NCBI GenBank assembly: GCA_009103225.1
Contig: RHPI01002888.1
Location: 62,001 to 126,000 of the forward strand
Reading direction: 5' to 3'
Origin: Chlorokybus atmophyticus
Taxonomy: Eukaryota > Plantae > Mesostigma and Chlorokybus algae
Length of the DNA stretch: 64,000 nucleotides
The notes beneath the pieces were generated by a model. It did not search any database and was not told the origin of the DNA. It saw only the letters and a program-made list of their open reading frames with translations. Below, in pieces: positions 22,811-37,030 of this stretch. A program made the position numbers and the translations under genes. How positions within the stretch are numbered: the first letter of the stretch is position 1; the number at the start of each line of letters is the position of its first letter.

Positions 22811-25800
22811 CTATCTTGACGTCTGTATATCCACAAGAAACTCCAACACGTCACTCTGCAGGAAGCCTCCTGCTGGCGAGACCACGTCGCGCAGCGGGCA
22901 GAAGTCCACAAAGCCCCATGACAGATCTTGGCTACTGAAAGTATGAGACATATCTGCACATGAATACAAGGTCAGAATGCTCAATACACAACATATCAAT
23001 ACACTCTTCTACCTTTGGCTATGGTTGCACGGGGGTCGTGATGATTTACAAAGGTGAAAGTGCATCTCTCAACAGTGCGTTTCCAGTTGGGAGGCAGCGC
23101 GTGGGAATCCGCCACATTCAGATAGACTGAAAGCTGGCTCGCTGCACTCTTATCTTTAGACTAACAGAATGACACATACTGGTCAGGTATAGCGAAACAA
23201 AAACAGGGTGAACAAGGTTAAGCCGATCTGATGCAACCAACCCACACTCACGCCCACACCTGTACAGCGCGTGCGCGAACCAACACGCGCCACCTCCCGC
23301 CATCAAAAGGCTCAGAATACACTGGTCTGACAAACTTTGTGCTGGCCTTGAAGCGCACGTGCCTCAGCGTCTGACCTACCCGTGACGCCCGGGGATGCCA
23401 GCCGTAGCGCAGCTCCAATGCATCTCTGCGCAGGAGCAACAGTCAACGCCCTGTTTGTGTGTTGGCATTCAGTCCGAGCACGACAACACCGTGTTTTCAC
23501 TTACATACCTGCAACAGTGTCCTGACAGTGTGAGAAAGACTTGTGAAAACAATATCTGGGAATGCGCACGCACGCATACGTGCGCGCTTATGTGCACAGG
23601 CATGGCCCCCACCCCCACTCACACGCGCACATGCACATGCGCGCTTGTACATGACCAAGGTACCTGCAGTTGGGTTGGTGCATGTGCAGAAGTGCGTCGA
23701 TGACAAGCATGAGGCAGGGCGGGTTGCCTTTGAGGACGTCCTCGCCATACACCCGAGCAGCCAGCGTCGTGGCCGGTATGCTCGCAAGCCTGACTGCGGC
23801 CATGAGTTCGGGCAAGTAGTCCAGTCTGGATGGCACGTCCACTTTCACCCACGCAAGGATGACTTCCAGAAGGGCCAACTCACTGCAGCAGTGGTCGCAG
23901 TATGAGCGCACGCAGAACACAGTTATGATACCTGCATCACTTTGGGTTCTTTGCTGTATAGCATACGAGCGTACTGGCATGTATGGCAATATATTAAGGG
24001 ACAACACTCCGCACACTCAAAACAACAGATCAACCAAGAGTCATGATTACAACCACAGGTCAATTACCTGGCGAGTGCAAGAGGGTCTTTTCTCAACAGG
24101 TTGATCAAAAACTCTCCAGGAAGGGATATGAACCACGCTCGGTGTGGCAACGAAGACAGGTTGACTGGATCTGCCAGTGCCTGTCATAAATGTTTTCACA
24201 TGGCAATCCTCTTGAAGATGCAATCACAAGTGCACACAAGGGTCATACCTGCTCAATGACCATAACGTCAAGGTCTGGTGAAAGCAGATCTTGTATGCTG
24301 TACGACTCAGCGAGCCACAACATGTACAGCGAATTGGAGACCGTTAGCAGTCGCCGCAGAAAGGTCGCACATGCAGTGCGCACCGTGTCCACCTGAGACC
24401 AAACACCAGCATTGCAGTTTCAATCAACCAAGACAGTCTACTACATGACACTTGTGCAACAATTTTGCACAACAGAACACATACAGCCAAGAAGCAGTGT
24501 GTCGAACAGCATTGCATGGCCGCATAGCAGCGTGGTGTATACTGAACTTGGTGAGTGACTGTTGTGTAGTGCATTGAAGTTTAATGTGGTGTAGGGTAAT
24601 TCATCGCCTGCATGCATGTGACATGGAGGTGGGATACCTGCAACAGTTGCGCGACAGCAAGAAGCGAGCGCACATTGCGGGTGGTCACCACGAGGCTGCG
24701 TGTGTACATCGCCTCAATGACGCGCTCCACAGCATCCGGTTCAACCAAGTCGCCGAGATCAACGACAGGATGGGCATCATCGCGAAACGGCTCTGCATAC
24801 AATGTCAAATATGAAACTTTTGACGTGTCTTGTAAGCAATGGTATACGTCTTGTGAGCAATGGTATATGCGCAACTACGAGCAAGTGACGCAATTACACT
24901 GAAACTCACAGGAGTGCAAGTACACACATTAGTACATGAACAATAGCAATGCAATGTAACCAGTGTCCCATTGCTAGCATCTATTGCAACTGCGTACCTA
25001 CACAGTGACATGTAGACACATGACTACGAGCACGATTGTGTTTGCACAGGGACTTGTCACGCAAGAAAGCACACAGTGGTATCTGCACAAGTATGCACAC
25101 ATACAATGCATGCATGCGTACACGTGCTTGAAGTTACTTGCAAAGATGCAAGTGCACTCAAGAGTTTACGCATATTTATATGTAAACTGATAGGTAGGTG
25201 ACAGCACAGTCGCACGTGACTGTGTAGACACCACAGATGCGTTGCAACCATGCAACAAACATAGCAGCGGTAAAAGACTTGCGAGAAATATCAGGACAAA
25301 CGCAACTGTACCAGACTGCAGCAGCGTGCGGAGGTATTTTGAGTCGGACGACAGTATTAATCTGCTTGCGGGGTTATCGTGGTCCCGGCAGCGCACTGTC
25401 ACGTCTGCAAGCTTGCCCGACCGCCACATGTCACAATGCGATTGGACAAGAGCACGTCCGTACCCCTCAAATGTAAACGTCTCCAGCGCATTGACCTGTA
25501 GCGTAATTAAGCTTGTTTTGTCTACAAGACCAGTATGTACTATATGCGGTAGGAGTGTGTATGTTGTGGTATTTGCAATGAGACATTGTATTGCAGGCAT
25601 TTTCATGAGTACAGCTGACCAACAGTTTGCAACATGCGGAGGTATGGAAGGCTTACCTCCAGGCCACTCGCCTCTGCCATAAAGCCCTCCTCAGCATCAT
25701 CAGGAGCATCATACTGCACCTGATAGGGTTGTGGGCTGTATGAAGCACAGTGTACAACTATTGACCTGAAGATTAAAGAAGTTTCATTGCGAATGCAACA

Positions 25801-26447
25801 GTTAAGAAGCAAGTTGATACAGGTCGGGGTTGTCCACAGGCACGGACAGCTGGCAGGGCAGTCTGTACCGGAGCGTTTAGCAAGCTGTGCTGTTGGTTTG
25901 CAACGGGTGAGTACTGCAAAGTGGGAGTCCCTTCAGTGTGCGTGTGAGCGAGATCGGTTGCTGCTGCGTCATGCTGAGGTTCGTGAAGCACTTGCGCTAG
26001 CCGAGCCTTGCATTGGTGATTTGCACAACACACATTGCAGTCAGGTAGCTCGCCAAAGCAGCATTGACAGTGTGCATCCTTGCTGACACTCAGCACTCGC
26101 TTGCATGTTGACATTTCCCCAACAAGAGAGGAGCTTCCATCTGGCCAAAGCGCCTTTCGCGGCATTGTAGACAACGTTACTTTGTTTAACCCTACCCACT
26201 ACTCAAACCATGAACCTGAACCTAGCGACACACAGCATTGTTCAAGCAAAGGACGAGTTGACCAAACATGCAGCGTACGCACGAATGACTTTCGTTTGTA
26301 CCGTTGGCAGCCACACAGTACACGCTGCTTCACACCTCAAAAGTTCCTTCTCACCTGTGCAAGGTCCATGCGGCTGCCGCCAAACTCAGCCCTTGCCGCC
26401 TCCAAGATCTGCAGGGCGCCATCCAGCTGGCCGGCGGAGGCCGCCAT
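22811..26447 (-). CDS. BTB/POZ-BACK protein with C-terminal MATH/TRAF domain
   Basis: GCCGCCATG at 26447 (MAASAGQLDGALQ). BTB: GKLADVTVRCRDHDNPASRLILSSDSKYLRTLL...AVERVIEAMYT. BACK: ACATFL...SELALLEVILAWVKVDVPSRLDYLPELMAAVRL. MATH C-terminus: SWGFVDFCPLRDVVSPAGGFLQSDVLEFLVDI*. Confidence 0.78.
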
Positions 26448-28411
26448 GGCGGCTCAATCACCGCTGCAGAAGAGCTTCGCACTGTGCATGGCACAAAGAT
26501 ATCCAGCCTCTGAAGTAGCTCCCTCCGAGCCCTCCGCCTGCAAAACCCAACGCCTTCAGCCACACCCACGCCCCTCACACCGCCCTGCCCGCTAACGACG
26601 TCTCTGCGTGTTGGTGAGTCGCGTTGTGCGTGTGACAACGTTGCCAGCGGCTTGCTCGCCATCGAAAGTGTTGCTTTTGAATCTGTGGATTATGCCACAC
26701 ATTCACTGCGTATGTCCTACTGATTTCACACTTGCTGTTTGTGCTTTTGCACTCTCTTGTCTGGCGGCTGTTAAGCAGTGGTGGCTATTTGCCAAATGGC
26801 ATGGTCAGCATCTATCGGGCAGACATGTTTCATGTAGATGTTATTTGTTTCGAAATCAGGACATCCATGTAATGTTTCATCACGAAATTGTTTGCTGGAG
26901 CTCGAATGTGAATACCGTAGTGCTCCGAAATCTTTGTGAAAGGTGCCACTAAGCTATTTGGTTCATGTTGCGTTAAACCCCGCCAATTAATGCATTCTGG
27001 TCTATAATCACTGAAATTCATGAATGAAGTCGTTGGATAGTTAATATTCCGTACAAATTTTCGTGCGGAGTTAATTGTTTGACAAAGATATCGAGGCATT
27101 ATCGTACCATACGTCAGGATACTTTAACATATGAGCAGTTTACTGACATTGCGGAGTGAAAGCTGCTCGGCATTACAATGATTTATGATGCGATATATAT
27201 AGTATACGCAGTTAATAACATCCGCATCAATTGGTAACTACCTCTGCATATCGACTGCCACCTCCGGAAGAAGCACACAATAATGACCATTACAACCATA
27301 ACCCCATTGTGGTTATGGTTGCAACCATGATCATTGATAAATAGACTCATAGTGAGCAACTTGCCTCATAGCAACTTGGTCACAATGCTCGCACGTGCGG
27401 GTATGCATATTTGCTCATCACTACACAACCTTGTAAACAGCTTTATCCCTGGATCGATGTGGATAACCTACCACAATAACATAAGAACTCCATAAATAAT
27501 CATTAGCGCTATGTTGTGAGGATGGCCCAGTAAGTATGCTTCGAGCTTGATAAACATCCCGATGACCAATGTAAAATTGGACATCAAGTGAGTGTCATGC
27601 ATACGCACGGAAAGATGGAGGGCGCCCCAATGTATACGTGCACTATGTTATGAGCATGGGCGTATGTTCCCTGAAATACAACAAGCATGTCAATTGTTGA
27701 TGCTCACATACTGCACCGCTCATAAAGTCACATTTCAACACCGGTATAAAGGGCCTTTAACACTTAATGTATTTATAGGATCAAGTTTTGCAAGGTAACA
27801 CCATATAACATGACAACGTTGTACCAAGTTTTGATCTCTTAATGGTTGTTGTAGTTGTACCTTGAAGAAGCTTGACCACCACAAACATGAAGTGACAATG
27901 TTGTGTGCTCAATCAAATAAAGCGTATGTGTTGGCTAATATGAGCCATACGCGCTATCAAGATAGCGCGCCGAAAGCACAAGACATGCCAAGTAAGTTAA
28001 GCTCTTTGCGAAAAAGACGCAATTGCAACTCATTGCCATGGCAACATGACTTGTCCATTACGCATGTCGACGCTTGTGTCCCCTTTGAACAACCCGAACA
28101 TATGTACCTCACCCACACATATAGCCCATACCCAGGTAAAGACGAGAGCATCAAGCAGCACAAGCAGCGTTTTACACCATACAGCAATTCATGAGCTGCA
28201 AAGACAACGCGAGATGAAGACGGGGCGCCTTGCAGGCAACTGGTTAAACTACTCTCAATTTACACATATCACGACCGGCTGTGTAGATACAGTTCGCAGG
28301 CTAGCAAGTAGTAGCTAGTAACTACTATGCAACCCCTGATCTGAAGGCAGTTTCAGCGGAAACACTTCCATACTGCAGCAAGTTGGGCCTATAATGCACC
28401 ATAGTTGTGGC

Positions 28412-31263
28412 CTAAGCACACATGACTTGGTCGCAAACCTGCACAACAGCAAGCTCAGTCTGGCAAGTGCTGAAGTTTATTGTGCTCACAACATCATGAC
28501 TGCCATGCACACACGCAGCTCTTCACAGTCATAATGTGCCATGGCAGCGCCTCAGCAAGTGCTTCGTAAAGGCTTACGCAGCAAGGAAGAGGGTGAGAGT
28601 GACGTACCTGCAATGCTTGGCCTGCAAAGAAACGCACGTCAACATCCGGGTCTTCATGCAGCTCTAGAAGGGTCGGCCTGATGGTATTCTCGACAACAGA
28701 GTGGTCAACAATGGGGATAAGGCCCTGGAGCATTTTGGCCACATTGAACTTGATATTGGGCACTTTGTCCTTGGCGGCGTTCACCACCACGGGCAGCATG
28801 GTCTGGCAGGTAATCTCTCCACCGACAACGGGTGCAAGTAGAGAAATGGCAAACAGCACTGTCATGCGGTATAGGTAGTTCTTGATCATTGGGTTCTTGA
28901 CCATGTCCAGCACCTGCAAGATATTCGTTTTGACGGACTGTGACCGTGCTGATAATCATGGTGCGGTTCAGTAGATCATGACAAGAATAACTTTGTGTAG
29001 ACCTATATGTACCTGAGGAATGATGTGTTGCTGTGCCCACTCCACTCCAAATTCTTCGGCAAGCCGCTTGAGGTTGTGCGTGGCAGCTTCTCTAATGGAG
29101 TACACTTGATCGCCCAACCAGGCCATGCACAGCTCCCCCAGCTTACCATCAAAGAACTGGACACCCAGCTGGCTTGCAAGCAAAGGGATGTACTCAATGA
29201 TTGCCAACCGCACACGCCAATGCCGATCCTCAGCAAGCTCCACAATTGCTGGAAGCAGAGACTGTGACAAGAGGTCTATTCCAATCACCTGGTTGACCTG
29301 TACAAGTACCCGAGGTTGTAGAAAATCTGTAGAACCAATGCACAGGACGAGTTGCCAATTGCATGCACATGCTCCTACCTGGTCCAACTTGGAAATGATG
29401 TTGAGACGCACGTCAGGGAATTCGTCTTTAAGCAGGTTCAAAAAGAGGGGCAGCAAGTGGTCGATAGTAGCCTGCTTGCCTAGAACCGGCGCCAAGCCCA
29501 TGATGACTGAGGCAAGCGCGGCTCTTGCATGCTGCATTGCACAAGCATTAACATGTGTGCAGGCCCTTAACATGCTTGATAAAGGCGCACAAGCACTGGG
29601 TGATTATCACTCCAGTAAATCATCCATGTAAAGCAAGAACAAAAAGCGACGAGGAAAAATGCAACTGTACCTGTGATGAGTCTGATGCGAGTTCCTTCAC
29701 GCAAGGCAAGATGGTCTTGATGGATTGCTCATTGTTTACCAGTGCACAAAACCGCGCCACCTTGCCAGCTGCAGCAATGCGCACTTCTGCCTCAGTGTCG
29801 CGCAGCAACTGCACATAAGCTGGCACCAGCTCTTGCCTACAAGACACAGAGGTTACAGCGCCTTGGAATAACCTCATGCATGCTACACTCACAGAAGCTC
29901 CGGCAGAACTCCAAGTACAACGCAAGCTGCGGTCATGCAACTTTCAGCACTGCTTGCATGTAGTACCTCGACAACTCGGGGCCTATTGCTTCGCACAGCT
30001 CGTAAAGCTGGTTGGCAACCATGTAACGGACACGCCACGACTTATCCTGTTGAGCGGTTGCACGCGTTGGTGTCAGTAGAAACTCAAGTGGCTTATGCAC
30101 ACATATACGCAACACGAGTGCATACCTGCGCAAACGCGCGAATAATAGGCAAGACATGCATAATGCAGTCATTGCGATCGAGTAGCCGCCCGAAAGCTGA
30201 ACAGTCCTCGACAGCCAACAACCTGACTGAATCTTGGTCTGCCACGCAGATAATCATCAGAAACTATGAATATGTTGCAGTAGTAAACCGCACACATAAC
30301 GCCAGCGACAGTGCGACATGCCATGTTGAGGTGTTGTACGCACCGTCTTGAGTAAGGTGCGTAAAGAGAGCCATGATCTCAGTTTTTACATACTCAGGCT
30401 CAGCCTTGGCGGCAAACTTGCCGAGATGCAGTGCAGCCGCCCTCCGCACCATGGGTGTATCATCATGGCACAATTGTGCAAAGAGAGCTCGCAGTTCGCC
30501 TCGCGTGCTGGAAGGTGCTCGAGGGTAGGCAACATGGAAAAGACCACAAGCTGAGACCCTCGCTGTGAACCATTCGCCAGTTGCTAAGCGCTTGATGAGA
30601 GGAATCAAGTACTCGGTGACATGCTGTTCTTTCAATTGCTCCCCAACCTGCACAGCCGACACGATGCGCTCACGGTTCACAACAGAATCTGATCATCTCA
30701 CTACAACATGCATTGCGATGGTCAAGTACGCATGTCAAGTGAAAAACATTAAGGAGTCCAGCAGGCAGTAACGCTGAGAATGAAAGACACAAGCAGTGAT
30801 TGTGTCTAAGGTAACAGCTACCTTGCCAAGCGACTCCACTGCTTTGTCCCTCACAACTGTTTCCTCAACAGTTGAGAGCGTTTCCAGTGGAACAAGCAAC
30901 ACATAAGCATGCTCTGGGCCGCCGACATGTGGCACAAACTTTCCCAATTCCTCTGCCAATGCCAGAAGCACCTGCGAATGAAGGCCCACCTGAATACAAC
31001 GCTCCTGACACTGTTGAGCAATTGCTGCCAATGCATTGCATCTGCCACTGCTCCAGACCGAAAGAGCAAGAGGGCACCTCATCCTCGTCATCGTTGCTCT
31101 CATTCAGGAAGGGTATCAACTCTTTCCTCGTGCGCTCTTCGCCCAGAGCAAATGCAATGGTCGAAAGTCTGCGGATGCTGTTGAGCCGTAGCTGTACATC
31201 TTCGTTCTTCAGCTCGTCAATAAGTACAGCGATTGGATATAGAGAGTCCTCCTCCATAGCCAT
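28412..31263 (-). CDS. PP2AA: Protein phosphatase 2A scaffold subunit A (HEAT repeats)
   Basis: [117 protein letters not shown]; last exon VCDQVMCA*. Confidence 0.96.
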
Positions 31264-32577
31264 TTTGCTGCAAAAGCAACACAACTTACCAAGGGCATGT
31301 TGAATGCAGATGTTTACAGCATAACTCTAGCGATGTACAATGGGAAAAGCACAAAGCATAGATGTTACTAACATCTAAAGCTATAATCAAGCAGTAAGAC
31401 ATATACTAGAGCAAACTTCCAGCATAATCGCACTCCGACTCTGCACGTTTGACAGATATTTAATCTACGGACTAGGAGACTAGCACAAGCCGAAGTGAAC
31501 CACAGAAATCCCCAACTAAGGCGGTGAGCCAAGCTAGAAACCCACACCAGAAACACCCACACAAGCATTCCAGCGAGCCACAGCAAAAGTCACGTGCGCC
31601 CAACTACCTATGCTATCCGGCGCCAACAAATCGCCCAACTGACCACACACAGCAAGCAAGCAACAGTATACACGCTACGAAAGCGATCCAGCAGCATGTG
31701 CCAATGAACCTGGCACGTCAGCTGCGGCTCCCCCATCCAGCACATCCATAGAGCAATAACGAGCATCAAGCCACGAAGCTCAAGAATCACAGCCGCAAAC
31801 AAGCAGCTACTTACGCTGTTTCAACGTAGGCGTGGCCTAATACGTGAAGCCCCACTCCCAGCAGCACTCAAAACAACGCTTAAAGCAAGCGCAGGCAGCG
31901 CAGACGCCTCTGTAATCAGCTCAGGTACGTTACCCAACGACAAGCTCCGCGCCTCACGCAGGCCTTCTACGAGGCATCATATAAGGCCCGGAATTGCCTG
32001 CCTCCTGCTCACAGCCTTTGCCCTCCCTCACCCCGCCAACGCCGGCAGCAATGCCGCCGTCCACTCTGCTGCTTAGGGTTGTTAAAAGCTCCGTAGCAGT
32101 TAAAGCCACCTGCCGTCACAAGCCCGCCCCGCCATCCGCCGTCAAACACCGGTCGACCTGTTGCACTTTTAACAACTCTTAAGTTACGGTGAGTCGGCTG
32201 AAAGTCTGATTGCAAGCACGAATGCATCCGACGAACTCTTAAGATGTGGAAAGTTTGACCCTGGGACTTCTGTGCTGTGCTGTCGCAGTTAGTGGTTACC
32301 CGTTAAACGGGCATGCACAACAAGCAGGTGGCGGCGGCGACGGTGGCGGTGGCTTTGAGGAATTGGCGTTGACGAGTCGCTTGATTGTTGAGTACGGGAC
32401 CTTGCTTCCCCGCTTACGTTGTCAATCGCGAGCTTCTGGCGGGATCAGTGCTGCAAGAGGTGAGGGCGTTAGCTGCCATCCAGAGGCTTGCAATGCTACT
32501 AGGTGATTTCCTTTAGCATGCAGTACTTCAACTTGCATACTTTGCTATGTCTGTTTCGGCTCATTGGTGCATTTCAG

Positions 32578-35500
32578 ATGGCAAGGCACCGAAGCAGCTC
32601 AAACGGCACTAGCAGCAGCAAACCCCTCAGAAGTTCTTCAGAACCTGTGCATGAAGAGCCTTTAAGTGCTGTTGCAGCACAAGTTGCGGACGACAGTATA
32701 GCAGGCATGGCTTCAGCGCTGTCTGCGCTGCGCGAAATGGTGAAGTGGCCACAGCTGTACTCAGCAGAGGCGCACACACTGGGCGTTCGGGTAAGAGCTA
32801 TACCTTAGCTATGCAGGTTGCCACCAGCGGGCTTAGAAATGCTGTTCAGCGGATGCAACAGAACTGAAAGCACTCGGCGTGCAAGGTTGCATGCGCAGGG
32901 CACTGTGACAGTAGGCATGCAACACAGCTGTGACAACCATGTCAGTCAATGGCTACCGTGTAACAAATGTACCAGGACATGCATATTCGCACTGGTCGCT
33001 GCTTACAAGTACGTGTATGGGTACAGTGGCCGAGAGGGGTGCTGCTGCATGGCCCGCCAGGCGTTGGAAAGACCTTGCTGGTGCGTGCAGTTGCGCGGGA
33101 ATGTGACGCCCTGTTGCAAGTCATCGGGTGCGATTGCATGTGACGCAGTGATTGCATCTTTGGCTGCTACGGCATGTGTTAGCCAGCAGATTCATTGCAC
33201 GTGTGACGGGTTGTTATCAATTCGTTTTGCATTGAAGACCCAGCGATGTCTTCGGAGCTTACTTGGGTGAAAGTGAGCGCCGTCTGCGGGAACACTTCTC
33301 TCAAGCTGAGAATGACGCTGCAACTGGCCGTACAGTCATCCTCTTCATTGATGAGATTGATGCTTTGTGTCCGAAACGAGACTCGAGGTGCAGTTTGCTC
33401 ATGACTGTCCAAGTTGGTCTATACCTGCAATTAGGCGTGCACTACGCAAGTATATGTGCTGGTGATTGCAGTGAAGCCGGCAGTTATGTCTGCATCCTCA
33501 GCTGGTTGAATGCATATGCACTGTCACAACTGTGAATGCTTTGCAACGGTCGTGCAAGGGCGTTCAACTTTGCGTGCATCTTGTTGGCTTGCAGGAAACA
33601 GCATGAAGCCCGCGTAGTTGCGCAGCTCTTGACATTGATGAATGGTGGTTTGAGACCTGGAAGACAGGAGTCGTCTGTGGGCAGAGTGCTAGTTGTCGCT
33701 GCAACAAACAGGTCTCTCAGCACAAGTGCATGTGGCCTGTGTATAGGGACATTTTGCCGTTTCATGCACTGTTGTTCCCTCACATGACACCAGTACCACG
33801 CTTTTGTGTGCTGGCCACTTGCTGTTGTACATATTTGTGGCACCTTGTAAGTTGCAGGCCCAATGTGCTCGACCCAGCATTGAGGCGGCCAGGCCGATTT
33901 GATGGTGAACTAGCCATAGAGCTGCCAACTGTCGAGGAGCGTGTTGAGATACTGCAACTGCACGCCAAGCACTTACCGCTGGCATCAAGCGTTGATCTAC
34001 AAGCCGTTGCTGGGTCTTGCAATGGCTACAGCGGGGCAGACCTTGCTGGCCTGTGCAGGGAGGCAGCTATGGCAGCCATACGCAGAGAGATGGTATTGCC
34101 ATGCTTTGCACCCAACCTTTCTATGAACTACAACTGCTATTGCGCCCTACACATTGCATATGTTTCATGTAGAGTTTGGAGTGCTCAACCAGCGAGGTGC
34201 TTCCTTGTGACTTTCAAGAAGCTCTGAGCCGGGTTGGGCCGTCAGTAACCCGGGGCATAGCAGGTGCGTGGTAGATTGGCGCCAGTGCAATTATGGTGGG
34301 CATGTTGTACGATTGCTTAAAATACACAACATGCTGTCAAACAGTTGGCACGCCATCCACCACGTGGGCTGATATCGGCGGCTTAGACCACATCAAGCGT
34401 CGCATGAAGCAAGCCGTGGAATGGCCGATACTACACGATGCTGCGTTCAAGCGCTTGGGGTTGTCCCCGCCACGAGGGGTGCTGCTCTACGGGCCGCCTG
34501 GGTGCTGTAAAACAACACTTGCCAAAGCAGCTGCTAACGCAGCGGCTTCGACACTGTTTTCTCTGAGCTGTGCAGGTAGAAGCTCAGCTCTCATAAGCTC
34601 ATAGTACAGAAAGGAGAGGTAATGTGGATGCTAATCAAGACGTACATGCAGAGGCCTTCTCACTGTTTGTTGGCGAAGGCGAGCGGTTGCTGAGAGACAT
34701 ATTCCAACGTGCAAGGCTGGCAGCACCGTCCATTGTGTTTCTGGATGAGATGGATGCACTGGCCACCCGCAGGTGCCTACACCATCGCCGAAGCATCAAT
34801 GCAAAGCATTACCTTTGCTGTCTGTCAAGGCTTGACAAGGGTTAAATATTGTCAGATCGCAGCATGAGGGAGGCTCTGGTCATGGAGGCACGTCACCAGG
34901 TATGGCTTTGTAGAGTATGTGGCTCGAGTTGTACGTGTCAACAGGGTTGAGCATGCGATCCGGCTCTTGCATGCGCGAACTGCCAGGGTCTGCTGGGCTC
35001 AGTGAAACAGTATTGTCGTCGTCAAAACTGGCACGACTTTGACAGGCGAGCGGCTGCTTTCTGTGTTGTTGACCGAGATGGACGGATTGGAGTCTGCCAC
35101 AGGCGTACTTGTTCTCGCTGCCACGAATCGGCCAGATTCAATAGATGCGGCTCTGCTTCGACCAGGGCGTTTTGATCTGGTGCGTTCGTTGCTTGAAGAC
35201 TCCCTTTGCCAGGAGTGTTTCTTCCCAATTGAATGCCTACGTGCTTTGCGATCAGGTGCTGTACGTGCCACCCCCTGATGAGATGGGACGTTTGGAGGCA
35301 TTGCGCGTGCACACGCAGCGCATGCGGTTAACCGATGATGTGGATCTTGCCGCCATCGCAGCATCTACACAGCTCTTCACAGGTGTGCGCATGTGTGTTC
35401 ATGCGCCCGAGCATGTGTGCGTGTTCTCGTTTGTTCGTTTGCATAGTGCACACGCATGCATGCACGCACGCATACACACACACTCGCACGCACTGTGGTT

Positions 35501-35739
35501 GGCTTGGTTGTGACATGTCATCAGCCTTCGTGCTATTGCCAACAGGGGCTGAGCTGCAAGGCTTGTGTCGGGAGGCTGCCATGACAGCATTAAGGGAGGA
35601 CATTAGGGCGCCTGCCATTGCGCATAAGCACTTTGTCGCTGCCCGCGGATCAGCCAAAGCCTCTTTGACACCTCTCATGTTAGCTGCATACGAAGCCTTC
35701 CAACAAGGGCTTGGTTCCACCAAGGTGCCTGCACACTGA
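32578..35739 (+). CDS. CDC48B: Double AAA+ ATPase, CDC48B / AFG2B (SPATA5L1) type
   Basis: Short N-terminus without an N-domain; [54 protein letters not shown]; D2 [55 protein letters not shown]; stop at 35739. Confidence 0.88.
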
Positions 35740-36272
35740 TGAACACACATTGCATGGAGATCTGAAAGTTATCATTGCTGGTGTTGGATGAGTCGGACCG
35801 TACGACAGCAGCTACCAACTAGTTCCCAGCCATTAGCCAGAACAACAGCAACGTGCCTATCACACCTGGTACTGCACTGTGGAGTACTACTGGTCAAGTT
35901 GTTGTGTATCAGTTGCTGGCTCATGCATGTACGAGGGTCCACAGGCATGGACCTTTATGTGCTTTTGAGTTTGATTGACCCGCTACACTTATGTCTCAAT
36001 TGTGTAGGAGTCGTTCCAAAGATCTTGCTTTAGTGTTTGTTAGGGTGTACATTTTGTATCAACTATTCGTGCTGTAGTCACTTGCAACCAGACATACTAC
36101 TATGTCGAGTTGACACAACCAGTTGGCACGAATAACACCACAATTTCATGTAATTATACACATGGCGCATGTATACAAAGGCGTGTACAACAGGGGTATG
36201 CCACAAAGTCCGCAAGCATGGTGTTCTGGCAATCACGCCGACATACACGCAACACTCATTACACAGCCCACC

Positions 36273-36622
36273 ACCGGGCTAGCACTAGTCTTCACACTAA
36301 CCCTATCAGCCTGTTAGTCATATGAAGCCTGCATGAAGCAATCACCTGCCCACACGGGCTGCAAGTCAGTCGCTGTTGGCCATGGCAAGGTAAACTCTTA
36401 TATTGATTTCACACATTGTACAAAAAGGTTCAGATGCTGTCCATGCCTAGCACACACAGCAGGTAATCAAAGTGGCAAGGATGGTAAGGATGGCAACAGC
36501 GACCGGGCTAGCACTAATCTACACTTCCCCTATCAGCCTGCCCCGTTAGTCATACAAAGCCTGCATGAAGCAATCACCTGCCCACACGGGCTGCAAGTCA
36601 GTCGCTGTTGGCAATGGCAAGG
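36273..36622. repeat. Imperfect direct duplication of about 120 bp (period about 230 bp)
   Basis: ACCGGGCTAGCACTA...GCCTGCATGAAGCAATCACCTGCCCACACGGGCTGCAAGTCAGTCGCTGTTGGC.ATGGCAAGG at 36273-36390 and 36502-36622. Confidence 0.9.
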
Positions 36623-37030
36623 ATGGCAACAGCAATGACGACGACTCCTTCCCTCCCTCCCTGCGGTTGTCCCTCTCCTCTGCCACTCTCTCCTGCAGAG
36701 TCGCCCACGCTCTGTTCTTCCCTCGTCACCCTAACCCTAGCGTCAGCACTGCACCGCGCAGGGTGGCTGTGTCGCAAGTGACAGTTAGGTGTCGCAGCTG
36801 GCAGTTAGGTGCTGCTGGTGGGGGTGGGGGGTGGGGGTGGGGGGTCCTGTCCTTCGCACGGGCATGTTTCTACCTCTTTATAGCTAAAATATTTGCAGAG
36901 GCCACATTGACGCATGAAGACTGCATTTGTAAACCACAGGAGATCAAAACGTCCAATTGGGAGCATGTATCCTGTCTGCCATTCTACTGATATGCAAATC
37001 CCGTGGCTAACTACCCGTGCAACTGATCCA

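Noticed and set aside
27293-27321. Helitron 3' end or rho-independent terminator
   Set aside because: The hairpin has no downstream CTRR or U-tract, and bacterial terminators are irrelevant here.
36729-36740. Telomeric repeat or interstitial telomere
   Set aside because: Fewer than two units (CCCTAACCCTA); too short to support.
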